NCBI GenBank assembly: GCA_963785235.1
Contig: CAWAUM010000003.1
Coordinates: 224,001 to 288,000, forward strand
Origin: an uncultured delta proteobacterium
Lineage (GTDB): Bacteria; Desulfobacterota; Desulfomonilia; UBA1062
Direction: 5' to 3'
DNA length: 64,000 nt
A model generated the notes under the pieces. The model saw only the letters and a program-made list of their open reading frames with translations, was not told the origin of the DNA and searched no databases. This document shows, one piece after another, positions 1 through 10,700 of the stretch. The position numbers and the translations under genes were made by a program. Position 1 is the first letter of the stretch. Every line of letters starts with the position of its first letter.

Positions 1-324
1 GTAACCCGCCTCGGCGAGCTTTTTCCCGAAGAGCTTTGCCATCTCGTATAACGGATCGCCCGGCTGGGTTCGCGCCGAGCCGAAGACCGTGACCTTGCGA
101 ACGTTGCGGTAGGGGCCGAAGACCTTGGAAGTAAACCGCATCTCCTTGAGCGTCGTGTTCATGAGCTTGAGGTCCGCGCTCTCGTCGTCCTCCTGCCCGG
201 CCTTGAGCGAGGCGATGATCATTTCGCGGACGTATTCGGGCCTCCGGATGCCCTCGGCGGTCTTGATCAATTGGTCGATAATCTCGTCGATGGGGCCGTT
301 ATCTTTGTTGAAATAAATTTTCAT
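1..324 (-). CDS. LOG-family (TIGR00730-like, Rossmann-fold nucleotide-binding) protein, 5' part; runs off the window edge
   Basis: Not in the ORF track. Manual translation from ATG at 324: MKIYFNKDNGPIDEIIDQLIKTAEG...KVFGPYRNVRKVTVFGSARTQPGDPLYEMAKLFGKKLAEAGY. VTVFGSAR is the LOG-family motif. GGAGAG lies upstream. Confidence 0.8.
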   Translation of the reverse strand, partial: MKIYFNKDNGPIDEIIDQLIKTAEGIRRPEYVREMIIASLKAGQEDDESADLKLMNTTLKEMRFTSKVFGPYRNVRKVTVFGSARTQPGDPLYEMAKLFGKKLAEAGY

Positions 325-448
325 GACTTCTCTCCGTTTTTTCTTCCAATGTCTGCTGAAATAGCAATTATACATAGAAGCCTATTATATGAACAAGAAA
401 GGCATCATGCTCCAGGGCAATGATCTCAAGAAAAAGTCACCACGTTCC

Positions 449-985
449 TCAAGTTTTCATCAATCGAGCCCTGATATCATCGAACTCATTTGACCTTCCC
501 TCTTTCATGGACTACTGCTCATTTCCTCAAGGTCTATTTCACATTCCAAAGCCACGAGAATAGCCTGATCGAGGCTTCGCCTGTCATTCGAGTGATAATA
601 AGCGGCGAGCCTGTCCTTGATGCTATCTGTCGGTGAGATGAGCCGGAGCAGGCCTGTGGAAAATTCTTTTTCAATGGTTTCCCTCACAGGCTCGTCCCCT
701 ATGGAAAGAGACCCGGCGGGAATTCGAGGAAAAACTCCGTTTCCGGATTATTAAAGTATCGATGTTCTTCAAGGAATCCGATTTTCGTGAATGCACTTCC
801 CTGGATCTTTTGCACTCTGGCCGATCCATTTTCAATGAAGTAAGACCATATGACTGGTATCTGTTCTTGGTGTAAATGGAAACACATGCACCGCCTGAGA
901 GAACGACCTCGATCCCGTTATCCTTGAGGTGGGTGCATACGAAGGCGGCCAGTTCTCCGATGGACATCTCTCCGAGGGGCTTCAC
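449..985 (-). CDS. Putative nucleotidyltransferase-fold protein, split by several frameshifts
   Basis: Joining ORFs 671-985, 699-887, 505-687 and a tail ending EFDDIRARLMKT* (TGA at 449-451) gives VVLSGGACVSIY...Y.S...FLEFPPG...ISPTDSIKDRLAAYYH. The GG motif followed by a probable DxD site (obscured by a frameshift) fits the minimal NTase fold. Confidence 0.6.
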
Positions 986-1320
986 AAGGGTTTATCCTTT
1001 CGCCTTGGACGCTTCCTGACAAGGACGAGTTCTTCTTTTTCAGCAGCAGGATAGAAGGACAAGGCCTTGTCCATGAGGGCGTTGAGCTCAGCCAGAAAAG
1101 GATAGCGGGGATTCAGCGCGTACACCCTTGTTTTCCCTGCACTCCTGCTGTAGATAATGCCCCCGAACTCGAGTCTTTCCAGCTGTTTCTGGACAGGGTC
1201 GAGGTCGGTCTTGAAGAACCGTGCAATCTTCCTGGCATATCCTTCGCCCCTTGCGTGCAGGAAAACAAGGACCCGCTCTCGATTATTGTCGAGAAAGGAT
1301 GAAGAGGTAATCGCCTCCAT
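982..1320 (-). CDS. Winged helix-turn-helix (ArsR-like) DNA-binding protein
   Basis: RERVLVFLHARGEGYARKIARFF...VQKQLERLEFGGIIYSRSAGKTRVYALNPRYPF. Its stop overlaps the start of the NTase gene. The start codon is uncertain (ATG 1320 chosen). Confidence 0.7.
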   Translation of the reverse strand: MEAITSSSFLDNNRERVLVFLHARGEGYARKIARFFKTDLDPVQKQLERLEFGGIIYSRSAGKTRVYALNPRYPFLAELNALMDKALSFYPAAEKEELVLVRKRPRRKDKPL

Positions 1321-1585
1321 GAGGCCAATCTCCTTACTCTCATTGGGACATTTACCATCAAGCTCACAGAGGGCCACTATCAAAGAGCAATAATGAAGAA
1401 CTTGCCTTGAAAAGATGTATTCTGGACAGGTCTTTGTGGGGAGTATAATTCACGAATCGTTGCCAGGACTCGGGACAGAAAGAGGGGCCTTCCTTGACCT
1501 TGGGGAATCTGCGGCTATAGTAATAGGTACTATATTCTTTATCTATTTGCAGCCTGAACATATGATTGTAAGGGGGGAGGTTCTC

Positions 1586-3262
1586 ATGGCCTTCGATCGC
1601 ATCTGGCACAGGGCATATGCCCCCGGTGTTCCTTCCGAGATCGAGATACAAAAGATCACCATGGCAGAGGCATTGTCTATCACCGCCAAGAAGTACCCTG
1701 ACTCCATTGCCTATATCTACATGGGCAAGAGAATAGATTATCAGGAGCTTGAAAGTCTGGTGAACCGATTTGCCAGGGCCTTGAAGGCACTTGATGTGGG
1801 CAAGGGTGACATTGTTGCCATGCTTCTGCCCAATATTCCTCAGGCCCCGATTGCCAATCACGCCTGCTACCGGCTCGGCGCCGTAACCGCCATGAACAAC
1901 CCGCTGTATACCGAGCGGGAACTCGCCTACCAGCTCTCTGACTCACAAGCCCGTGTCATCGTTACCCTTGACCTCCTCCTGCCAAGGATACTCAAGATCA
2001 AGGACCAGACAAAGATCGAGGTCATCATCACCTGCCACATCAATGACTTCCTCCCCTTCCCCAAGAAGCAGCTCTTCCCCTTCGTGAAGAAAGATATGTT
2101 CCGGAAAATCGAACCGCAGGCAGGGGTGTTTCAGTTTCTCGACCTTCTGAGATCTTATCCGGATACACCCGTAGAATCCGAGGCCGGGTGGGAGGATCTT
2201 GCCGCGCTCATCTACACAGGCGGGACAACCGGACTGAGCAAGGGGGCCATGCTTACCCATGAAAACATCTCTTCGGTGGTGCAGATCTTCAGGGCCTGGT
2301 TCCCGGACCTGAAAGACGGCCACGAGAGCCTGCTGGGCGTCTACCCCATCTTTCACTCAGCAGGCTATTCCGTAAGCCAGAACTTGCCCATATGGAGCGG
2401 GTGGACCTGCATACTGGTGCCGAGGCCTTCGCCGGAGATCATTGTAGAGCAGCTGAAAAAGTTCAAGCCCGGGTTTCTTCCGGGTGTGCCCACCATCTAC
2501 ACGGGCCTGCTGCAGAATAAAGAGTTCTGCACCATGGACTTGAGCTTTGTGAAGGGCTATTTCGGCGGTGCGGCACCCCTGCCCGGGGAAACGGTGAACC
2601 AGCTCAAAACACTCCACGGTGCGATAATCCATGATGTCTATGGCACCACCGAGAACACGGCCTTTGCAACCTGCACTCCATGGGGCGGGAAGGTCAAGCC
2701 CGGTACCGTGGGTGTGCCGCTGCCTAATACCGATATTATGATCGTCGACCTTGAAAAGGGTGTAACCGGGCTCAACACCGGCGAATCCGGGGAGATCTGC
2801 ATCAAAGGCCCACAGGTGATGGCAGGGTATTACAATAAGCCGGCGGAGACCGAACATTCCCTCAAGTCAGGCTGGTTCTACACCGGCGATATCGGCTACC
2901 TCGATGATGACGGCTACCTCTGTATCATAGACCGCAAGAAAGACATGATCATCTCAGGTGGCTTCAACATCTATCCCAAGGAGGTCGACGGGATTCTCTT
3001 TGAGCATCCCAAGGTCCTGGAGGCATGCTCCATCGGCGTGCCTGATCAATATCACGGAGAGAGCGTGAAGGCCTTCATCGTTCTGAAGGACGGTGCGTCC
3101 CTTACCCAAAGCGAGATTATCGAATATTGCAGGGATAAGCTCGCATCGTACAAGGTACCCAAGGAGGTGGAGTTCCTCGCCGAGCTCCCCAAGAGTGCAG
3201 TCGGCAAGATTCTGAGAAGAGAATTGAAGGAAAGGGAGATGCAGAAAAGGGGCATGACATGA
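1586..3262 (+). CDS. fadD: Long-chain fatty acid--CoA ligase
   Basis: AMP-binding motifs YTGGTTGLSKG, YGTTE, GEICIKGPQVM, TGDIG, PKSAVGKILR. RBS GGGAGG precedes ATG 1586, so the true start is downstream of the ORF-track start. Confidence 0.92.
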   Translation: MAFDRIWHRAYAPGVPSEIEIQKITMAEALSITAKKYPDSIAYIYMGKRIDYQELESLVNRFARALKALDVGKGDIVAMLLPNIPQAPIANHACYRLGAVTAMNNPLYTERELAYQLSDSQARVIVTLDLLLPRILKIKDQTKIEVIITCHINDFLPFPKKQLFPFVKKDMFRKIEPQAGVFQFLDLLRSYPDTPVESEAGWEDLAALIYTGGTTGLSKGAMLTHENISSVVQIFRAWFPDLKDGHESLLGVYPIFHSAGYSVSQNLPIWSGWTCILVPRPSPEIIVEQLKKFKPGFLPGVPTIYTGLLQNKEFCTMDLSFVKGYFGGAAPLPGETVNQLKTLHGAIIHDVYGTTENTAFATCTPWGGKVKPGTVGVPLPNTDIMIVDLEKGVTGLNTGESGEICIKGPQVMAGYYNKPAETEHSLKSGWFYTGDIGYLDDDGYLCIIDRKKDMIISGGFNIYPKEVDGILFEHPKVLEACSIGVPDQYHGESVKAFIVLKDGASLTQSEIIEYCRDKLASYKVPKEVEFLAELPKSAVGKILRRELKEREMQKRGMT

Positions 3263-4080
3263 GTAAGAATGGTATGGCATTCACCACTATGACTTACGAG
3301 ATAATCGAACCGGGGATAGCCCTGGTGACCCTTAACCGGCCCGGGCGTCTCAATGCAATCAACCTGGCCATGCTTGAAGATTTCCAGGAGTTATTCGCCC
3401 TGCTGTCAAAGGATGAATCGGTGAGAGTCGTCATTCTCACCGGCCAGGGCAAGGGCTTTTGCTCAGGGGCCGATCTCACGGATGCGGCTGATGAAAAAAA
3501 TGCGCACTTCTTTGCCGATCCCCAGACATACCTTGCCTTTGTCCAGGAACGTTACAGTTCACTGATACAAGGCTTCAGGGATATTCCGCAGCCCATCATT
3601 GCCGCAATCAACGGCGCAGCTGCGGGCGGCGGATTCTGTATGGCCCTTGCCAGTGATATCCGGATAACATCTCCCGAAGGGTATTTCGTGGCATCGTTTA
3701 TTAACATTGGCCTGTCAGGTGGAGAGCTGGGATCGTCCTATCTGCTTCCCCGCCTCATCGGTCTGGCCAGGGCTGCTGATATCCTCTATTCAGGCAGGAA
3801 AGTAAATGCCCAGGAAGCCGAAGCTTCCGGGCTCGTGAGTGCCGTTGTCCCTCGGGAAAGGCTTCTCGAAACTGCGCTGGCCTACGCCCGCACGATGCTC
3901 TCCAAGAGCCCGGGGGGACTCAGGCTGACCAAACGGGTTCTGGACCAGAACCTGGTTGCCCCTTCCCTCAATGCCGCCATGGAACTTGAAAACAGAAACC
4001 AGGCATTGCTGGTCTTCTCCGGCAACTTCGCAAAGATGGTAAAGTCGTTCAACTACAAAAAAACGGATAAAAGGGGGTAA
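3259..4080 (+). CDS. Enoyl-CoA hydratase/isomerase family protein
   Basis: LNRPGRLNA, FCSGADL, PIIAAINGAAAGGG and ASDIR motifs. ATGA overlap with fadD. Confidence 0.92.
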   Translation: MSKNGMAFTTMTYEIIEPGIALVTLNRPGRLNAINLAMLEDFQELFALLSKDESVRVVILTGQGKGFCSGADLTDAADEKNAHFFADPQTYLAFVQERYSSLIQGFRDIPQPIIAAINGAAAGGGFCMALASDIRITSPEGYFVASFINIGLSGGELGSSYLLPRLIGLARAADILYSGRKVNAQEAEASGLVSAVVPRERLLETALAYARTMLSKSPGGLRLTKRVLDQNLVAPSLNAAMELENRNQALLVFSGNFAKMVKSFNYKKTDKRG

Positions 4081-4144
4081 CGTCTCAACATTCGACATCC
4101 ATTCTCGATGGTTGAATTCCGCCCCCCCTGTTCGCACCTTTTCA

Positions 4145-4849
4145 TCATGGAGTTCCGACACTGGCAACTACGATATTACATTGAGCTGCCGGTTCCTCAA
4201 AAGTTCTTGATGCCACCTCGATCCTGTTATTGAGAGCCACGGCTCCACCGAAAATCCCGTTTAAACCTGTAAATAACGTGAACAGGACAGGCCCGTATCC
4301 GAAGGTAGCCAGATCAAACAGGATGGAAGCCGTTACGAATCCGCCGGACCTGTCGGTGAAGAACTTGCCTGACCCGGACGTATCGAGGTCCTTCTCCCTT
4401 ATAAGATCCCCATTGGGATCATCAGGTTGGATCGTATAGGAGTCATCCGGAGCGAGTGTCGTGTAGGCTATCTGATAACTTGCCTCTTCCAGCGCATCAC
4501 AAGGATGGATGAGAACCACATACTTCCCGGAAGAATCCAGCTTGTAATCAAGGACCTGGGAACGGTCGGAAACTGCATCTGAATGCATCTCATAGGTACT
4601 GCGACCTTGGGGATAGAGGTAGATTTCCGGAGGCGCCTTTCCTTTATCAACCACGGTGGAGATCACTATTCGGCTCCCCTTTTCTCCATAGAGCAGCCAT
4701 AGTTCATTTGAACCGAGGTTGCCGACTTTCGCACTGCCCGATGTCAGCTCTCCCCTGTATATATCCGTGTTCCGGGCTGCAGCGGCATAGCCTGAAACTA
4801 TCAGTATGCTTATGCCGGCAAGCACCATCACTTTCAATATCTGTCTCAT
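4145..4849 (-). CDS. Exported hypothetical protein with a PPC-like beta-sandwich and a hydrophobic C-terminal segment
   Basis: RBS AGGAGG before ATG 4849. Signal peptide MRQILKVMVLAGISILIVSGYAAAA. GEKGSRIVIS...PEIYLY...LDSSGKYVVLI resembles a pre-peptidase C-terminal domain. Confidence 0.55.
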   Translation of the reverse strand: MRQILKVMVLAGISILIVSGYAAAARNTDIYRGELTSGSAKVGNLGSNELWLLYGEKGSRIVISTVVDKGKAPPEIYLYPQGRSTYEMHSDAVSDRSQVLDYKLDSSGKYVVLIHPCDALEEASYQIAYTTLAPDDSYTIQPDDPNGDLIREKDLDTSGSGKFFTDRSGGFVTASILFDLATFGYGPVLFTLFTGLNGIFGGAVALNNRIEVASRTFEEPAAQCNIVVASVGTP

Positions 4850-5078
4850 GATTTCCTCCTTTCCAGGATCTGCACGGCAAATGATCTGGTTCGCCACCTT
4901 CCGACCAACTGTGGGATCTGAACGGGTTGGGAGGGCAGATCATGGTTTGATGTTAATGTGTTTTCTCATTTAGGGAATCGGAGTGCGGATATCAAGCACC
5001 AGGTATCTTGTTGTTATTATTACAATTTAAATATTAGAGTGGGTCGGGTCCTGGATATGGGAGGGGATCATAATTGGG

Positions 5079-5094
5079 GACGGGTTCACATTAA
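5079..5094. repeat. REP-like repeat family A (GACGGGTTCACATTAA)
   Basis: Exact reverse complement of 18445-18460. A variant is at 18413-18426 and a looser GGGGACGGTTC at ~7522. Confidence 0.6.
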
Positions 5095-5095
5095 C

Positions 5096-5260
5096 TTACC
5101 CGTCCCTGGAGACCAAGACGGTGCTCCTCCAGGGGATGAAGGCCCCGGCGACATAGCTCAGACTCACGGTACGCGTCCCGATGAAGAGATCAAAGCCGCT
5201 TGTTTGCATCTCGTCGCGGATCTTCTGCAGGCGTTTCGGGTAATCGATGAAGACGTCCAT
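5096..5260 (-). pseudogene. Truncated N-terminus of an M24 (Xaa-Pro peptidase/creatinase-N-like) gene
   Basis: RBS GGAAGGAG, then MDVFIDYPKRLQKIRDEMQTSGFDLFIGTRTVSLSYVAGAFIPWRSTVLVSRDG*. The RLxKIRxxM..xGxD pattern is typical of Creatinase_N. It stops after 54 aa, next to a REP-like repeat. Confidence 0.55.
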
Positions 5261-5664
5261 TTCTCCTTCCGGCATCGGTTGGTTTTATGGAGAAAAGGAT
5301 GAACCGGCTCTGCGCGTTAGTCAAGGGTTTCTTCCTCCCGCGCCGTCAAGCCGTGCGACACTATTGTTATGGGGTCGAATCTTGTAATATTGGCAACCAT
5401 GGTTTTCATACATATGATAAAGAAAGCCCGGGCCTCTTGCTAAGACAATGATCCCGGCATCTTGACATAACACGAATAAACACACATACAGACACAAGAG
5501 GTGGATGCTATCCCGGAGCCAAAGATGAAAGCGCACAGAACGCACCAGCAGGATATGGAAGGTGCAGTCCCTTGTTGCCGCGAGAACAGTCCCGGGATAG
5601 CAGAGGCAGATATGGCGCACAGTATAATGATCCGGGGCTGAAGATGCACACGCCTGATGCCATA

Positions 5665-6126
5665 ATGGAGATCCTCCACCTGTTGATTCACTGGGCCAAG
5701 GCCCATCCGGTCCTCCTGACATGGCTGTGGGTTCTCTCGGTGGTAACGTTCTTCGGCTCGCTCCTGGTCATACCCATGCTCGTGGTCAGGATGCCGCAGG
5801 ACTACTTCCTGTATAATAAGTCCCACCTCCGGGAATACAGGAAACAGCACCCGGTATTCCGCCTGTTTTCTGTGATACTGAAGAATATCCTCGGGTTTGT
5901 TTTCATTGCCACAGGCATCGTCATGCTTTTTTTCCCCGGCCAGGGAGTGATCACAATCCTTATCGGGATAACACTCGTGAACTTTCCCAGGAAGAAAGCC
6001 TTGGAGATCAGACTCATTAGACAGCCTGCAGTACTCAGGGCGGTTGACTGGATGCGGTCCAGATACGGGAAAGAGCCCCTTATCCTCCCTGATGGCATAA
6101 GGGGAGACAAACATGCACCCGGATGA
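5665..6126 (+). CDS. PGPGW-family putative transmembrane protein
   Basis: Hydrophobic helices, LVVRMPQDYF, KNILGFVFIATGIVMLFFPGQGVITIL and FPRKKALE. Probable start ATG 5665. Confidence 0.75.
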   Translation: MEILHLLIHWAKAHPVLLTWLWVLSVVTFFGSLLVIPMLVVRMPQDYFLYNKSHLREYRKQHPVFRLFSVILKNILGFVFIATGIVMLFFPGQGVITILIGITLVNFPRKKALEIRLIRQPAVLRAVDWMRSRYGKEPLILPDGIRGDKHAPG

Positions 6127-6227
6127 TAAAACGGAGAAAAAAGGCATCAAACATACTTTTTCCAAGGCTCGGGATACAAATCTTAATAAAAGACAAAAAC
6201 AAGACCTGACTCTAGCTTTCTATGCTT

Positions 6228-6707
6228 TTATTTGCAATCCTCCAACGAGGCCATGTACACACCCGCTGCGACCCATACGTCCTTTCCATCCATCTTGCAC
6301 CGCTTCACATACGTGCACTTCGGATCAATCGCATTGTTCTTGGGGTTCAGCCAGTGGTAAGGTACCCATCCAAACCCGGGATTCATGGCCTTGGCATTCA
6401 TCTCGGCAACAAGATACTTGCCCTTGGCATCCTGAATCATGGTCTGGTCTTTTCCCACGAGCTTTACGGAAATGGGATGAAAGAGGCATACGGCCTTCAG
6501 ATTATAGATAAATACATACCCCTCTTCTCCACAGAACCTGAACTTCTGAAGCTCGGGAAATGCAGTCTGTCCTTTGCTCTCAAGCAAAGCTACTGCATAA
6601 TCGACTGCCTTTACCACCTCTTCTTTGGTGCATGCCGCATCCGCAATGGAATAACCGGACGAAAGAACCAGTGCCGCAACGAGGGAGATAAATAACCATC
6701 TTCTCAT
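6228..6707 (-). CDS. Stand-alone exported single Cache-domain protein
   Basis: Signal peptide, YVFIY...HP..LVGKD...DAKGKY...GWVPYHWLNP...PKCTYVK...AGVY. RBS AGGAG. Confidence 0.85.
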   Translation of the reverse strand: MRRWLFISLVAALVLSSGYSIADAACTKEEVVKAVDYAVALLESKGQTAFPELQKFRFCGEEGYVFIYNLKAVCLFHPISVKLVGKDQTMIQDAKGKYLVAEMNAKAMNPGFGWVPYHWLNPKNNAIDPKCTYVKRCKMDGKDVWVAAGVYMASLEDCK

Positions 6708-7038
6708 AGGTAGCTCCTTTCCTCATGGTATCCAACCCATAATAATGGCGGGAATAGTTTTGAAAAGGGGCTGTCAAAGAAAATATGAACACGTGAGGGT
6801 CGGATCTTGTCAGGCCGTTGCCTTTTCGAATGAAATTCCAAGGATCAAAACCTGTCAAATTTATGTTCCCAAGATCTGTGGTTTTCCCTTCCGGAGTGTG
6901 TTGTCTGTACCTTGATATTGTGAGTACCTCGGCAGCTTGCGGCACTTATACGGTACCGGCTTTTTTATCCTGTAATCCAAAGCACAATCTTGAAATTCTA
7001 CTTTAATACTTATTCAATGATTAATGCCTAGTATCTAT

Positions 7039-7054
7039 TGGCATGCATCATGCT
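7039..7054 (+). promoter_or_regulatory. Candidate sigma54 (-24/-12) promoter
   Basis: TGGCATGCATCATGCT has GG and GC separated by 10 nt and lies ~60 nt upstream of ORF 7117. Confidence 0.45.
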
Positions 7055-7116
7055 CGACATGCAGTATCTTTCATAACAGGCTGACGCCAAGCAATCGATG
7101 GTTCAGGAGGTGATAC

Positions 7117-7482
7117 ATGAAGGATATGAAAAAGATCAAAGACAAACGACTCGTACTGCTTGAGGCCATTATCCGTTACGCCGACCAGTCTGACAACTTC
7201 AACCCACATTTCTATAAGGACGATATGCTCAAGAGACTTGATGTTTGTGAGCATTTTTTCAACATCATGCAGAAACAACTCGGAGACAGATATTGCCGCC
7301 TGGTTGACAGCTTTGAAAAAAGAAGTAAATATACCATCAATGTACTCGAATGCCTTGAACTCCGTGACCAGATAATCCAGGCAAACACACAGGAAAAAAA
7401 GCATCGTGAGAGCCGTATTATTCTACTCGAAACATTAATCGCCACTTTCCTTGTGATTATCGTTGGTTCTTGTATCATATGA
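7117..7482 (+). CDS. Hypothetical protein with a C-terminal transmembrane helix
   Basis: Strong RBS AGGAGGT. 121 aa ending LIATFLVIIVGSCII. Confidence 0.6.
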   Translation: MKDMKKIKDKRLVLLEAIIRYADQSDNFNPHFYKDDMLKRLDVCEHFFNIMQKQLGDRYCRLVDSFEKRSKYTINVLECLELRDQIIQANTQEKKHRESRIILLETLIATFLVIIVGSCII

Positions 7483-7781
7483 ACTGACAGCACATAACCA
7501 ACCAATCCACCAGGGTGCAACGGGGACGGTTCTTGTTTCACATACCTGACGAGATAAACAGGTGTGATCGTGTTTCAACTTCGACTTGTGGAACTCTTAT
7601 TCTTACAACGAGTAAAATATTTCTCTTGGGAGAACAATCTTGGGTATCCTTATTTCATAACTTGTTGAATTTGTAACAAACAGAAATGCGTACATTTTTT
7701 GCATGCAATAATTTCTGTATAGTTTAATTGATATGTTCTTACCCTCATATTACATCAAGTAATTTTGAGGAGGTTTTTGTG

Positions 7782-10700
7782 ATGAACAACACTTGCAGTA
7801 GGTCTCGTAGTGCGTCTTCGTGTGTCTTTAAGCCGGCGTCTCTTCTGTGCAGAGTACTTTTGTTCCTTATTCTGCTGAACCTTGCAGCCCTCCATCCCAC
7901 ATACAACGCCAACGCATGCCCACCGAACCCCAATGAGGATGTGGTTTTCGACAAGAACCTTCCCCTGGGCAGTGAGATCATGCTCGACAGTACGCTCTTT
8001 CATATCACGGGCAACCCCCTCTTTTACGAATGGTGTGGGCCTTTTTCCACAACAATTGAACCTGGCCCGCTCGTCTTCATGCCTGAAGGCACCCATGCCC
8101 TGTCACTGTTCACCTATGACGGCATACAGCACTTAGGCCCCTTCACCCTCTATTTCACTATTGATCCTGAGTATTCCATCCTGCCCATTGGCCTGAAAGG
8201 AAAAGCCCTTGTCACCTGGTTGCCGGTGGTAGATGCACAACAGTACCGCTTATACCGCGCAACTGAGACCGACCCTTCCCATTTTGAAAAGATCGCTCTT
8301 CTTCCATCGTCCGCTATTACCTATACCGACCCTAATCTCAAAGAGGCAACATATCTCTATGTCCTGGGAGCATTGGTGAACGATAAGTGGACATTTTCCC
8401 ATATTGCGAGCGCCCACCCGTTTGCCTGTCTCCCCAAGCTGAACTATCCTCCGGTCATCTACTCGAAGCCCATCATCCCGGCTACAGTGGGCGTTCCGTA
8501 TACCTACAATGTCCTGGCTACCGATCCGCTGCATGACATCCTCACCTACAGATTTCTCAGTGCCCCTTCTGGAATGACAATCGATCCTCACACCGGGCTC
8601 ATCGAGTGGACTCCTCCGGTCTTAGGTGATTACGAGGTCATTGTGAAGGTCAAGGATTTGAAAGGCATATACAAGCTCCAGACCTTCATTATAGAAGTGA
8701 ATGAGCTCCCGGCCTTCAACAGTCCGCCCGTTGCCCATGCCGGAGGACCGTATAAAGCTGATGTGGGCAAGGCAGTACTGTTTGACGGCTCTGCCTCCTA
8801 TGACCCGGACGGTGATGCCCTGCGGTATGCATGGACTTTCGGCGACGGCTCCAATGGAACCGATGCCTTTCCCAGCCATTCATATGCAACCCCCGGGACG
8901 TACCAGGTGACGCTCACGGTCACAGACAACAAGGGCAAAACGGCATCAGACTCCACAACAGCAACGGTGATACAATGCATCAAACCCACGGTACAGTTTT
9001 CAACCGATCCTTCGGCAATAAACCCGGGTGACCCATGTGCCCTGATCTGGACATCGCAGAATGCAACTTCAGTCAACATCGACCACGGTATCGGGGCAGT
9101 AGGACAATCGGGTACCATAATAGTGCACCCCCAGAACACCACCACCTACACCATTACGGCCACAGGCCCATGCGGAACCGCCTGCAAGTCTGTCACGGTC
9201 ATGGTGAACCAGCCGCCTGCTGTCAGCATAGCTACAATTCCCGGTTCCATCATGACAGGGCAGACATCACAGTTGTCCTGGACATCGACCAATGCCGTCA
9301 CTATCACTATTGATCAGGGAATAGGCCAGGTTATACCAAACGGATCCCTTTTCGTATCACCATCAAACACCACTACCTATACCATCACGGCCACCGGGCC
9401 GGGCGGCACGGCAACGGCATCAGCCACGGTCACTGTACTTGAGCCCCCCCACGCGAGCATATCGGCTCAACCACAGACCATTATCGAGGGTGAGACATCG
9501 ACACTCACCTGGTTATCCGACCACGCAGACTCGGCTTCTCTTGACAACGGCATAGGTACGATACCAGCAAACGGTTCGATGACAGTCTCGCCTGCCGACA
9601 CGACCACATACACCATAACTGTCCAGGGACCCTGCGGCACAGCCACGGCAAGTGCGAACGTTACCGTGATTCACAGACCGACCGTCACCATCGCGGCCTC
9701 GTCGAACCCAATCAATGCAGGCGATACTACAACCCTGAGCTGGACCACCACCAATGCCGATTCAGCCAGTATCGACCAGGGGATAGGTGATGTAGGTGTG
9801 AACGACTTTCTTGAAGTGGATCTTGATCATACCACGACCTTTACGATTACGGCCACCGGCCCCGGTGGTACGGCAACGGCAGGCGTTACCGTGGAGGTGC
9901 TTGCACCTCCGGCGCACAGGAAGGCATATGCCTACTTTACGAACAGGGACGACAACAATGTCTCGGTTGTAGACCTTGAGACGAATACCGTCATAACGCA
10001 CATCGAGGTGGGGTATGCCCCCTATGGTGTTGCTGTGAGCCCCGATGGTGACACAGTCTATGTCACGAGCAAAGAGAATGGAATATCCATGATCGATGCT
10101 GCGGCAAACACGCTCACCGGGAATATCCCTGTGTTTGTCGATACCCTCGCGGTGAGCCCTGACGGGAAAAAACTCTATGGGTTATCAAGGGATGAAGAAA
10201 CCCTCATGAGCATCGATATCGCCTCCGGGTCGATCCTGGATTCCGTCGAAGTGGGCCTCGCCCCTCATGGTATTGCAGTGAACAACGAAGGAACGCGCAT
10301 TTATGTGAGTTCTCTTGATGACGGCACTGTGCGGGTCATTGATGCTTTGAGCATGGGCGTAATCGCAACGGTGGTGGTCACCGAGCCGGGCGATTCGGTA
10401 TGGGATGTTGAGGTGAGCCCCTGCGGCTCAAAGGTATATGCCGTTTCAAGTGCATCGTGCAAGCTCACCGTAATCGATGGCCAAACCAATTCCATTATAG
10501 GGAGCCATTTCTATTTGCCGGAATTGTTCGTTTCCCCGTGTTATCTTGCAGTGAGTCCTGACGGGCAGAGGATTGCGTTAAGCGATGTAGCGCAATCGCC
10601 CAGGACGATCTATCTTATTGACAGCCAGTCACTGGAAGTCTTGAGCCAGTTCTATGCCCAGAGGCCTTCCGATCTGAGTTTCACTGCTGATGGGTCGTTC

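Noticed and set aside
1-330. Higher-GC first gene as a mobile-element boundary or chimeric join
   Set aside because: The segment is too short and cut by the window edge, and no att site, terminal repeat or transposase is visible. It cannot be supported from this window.
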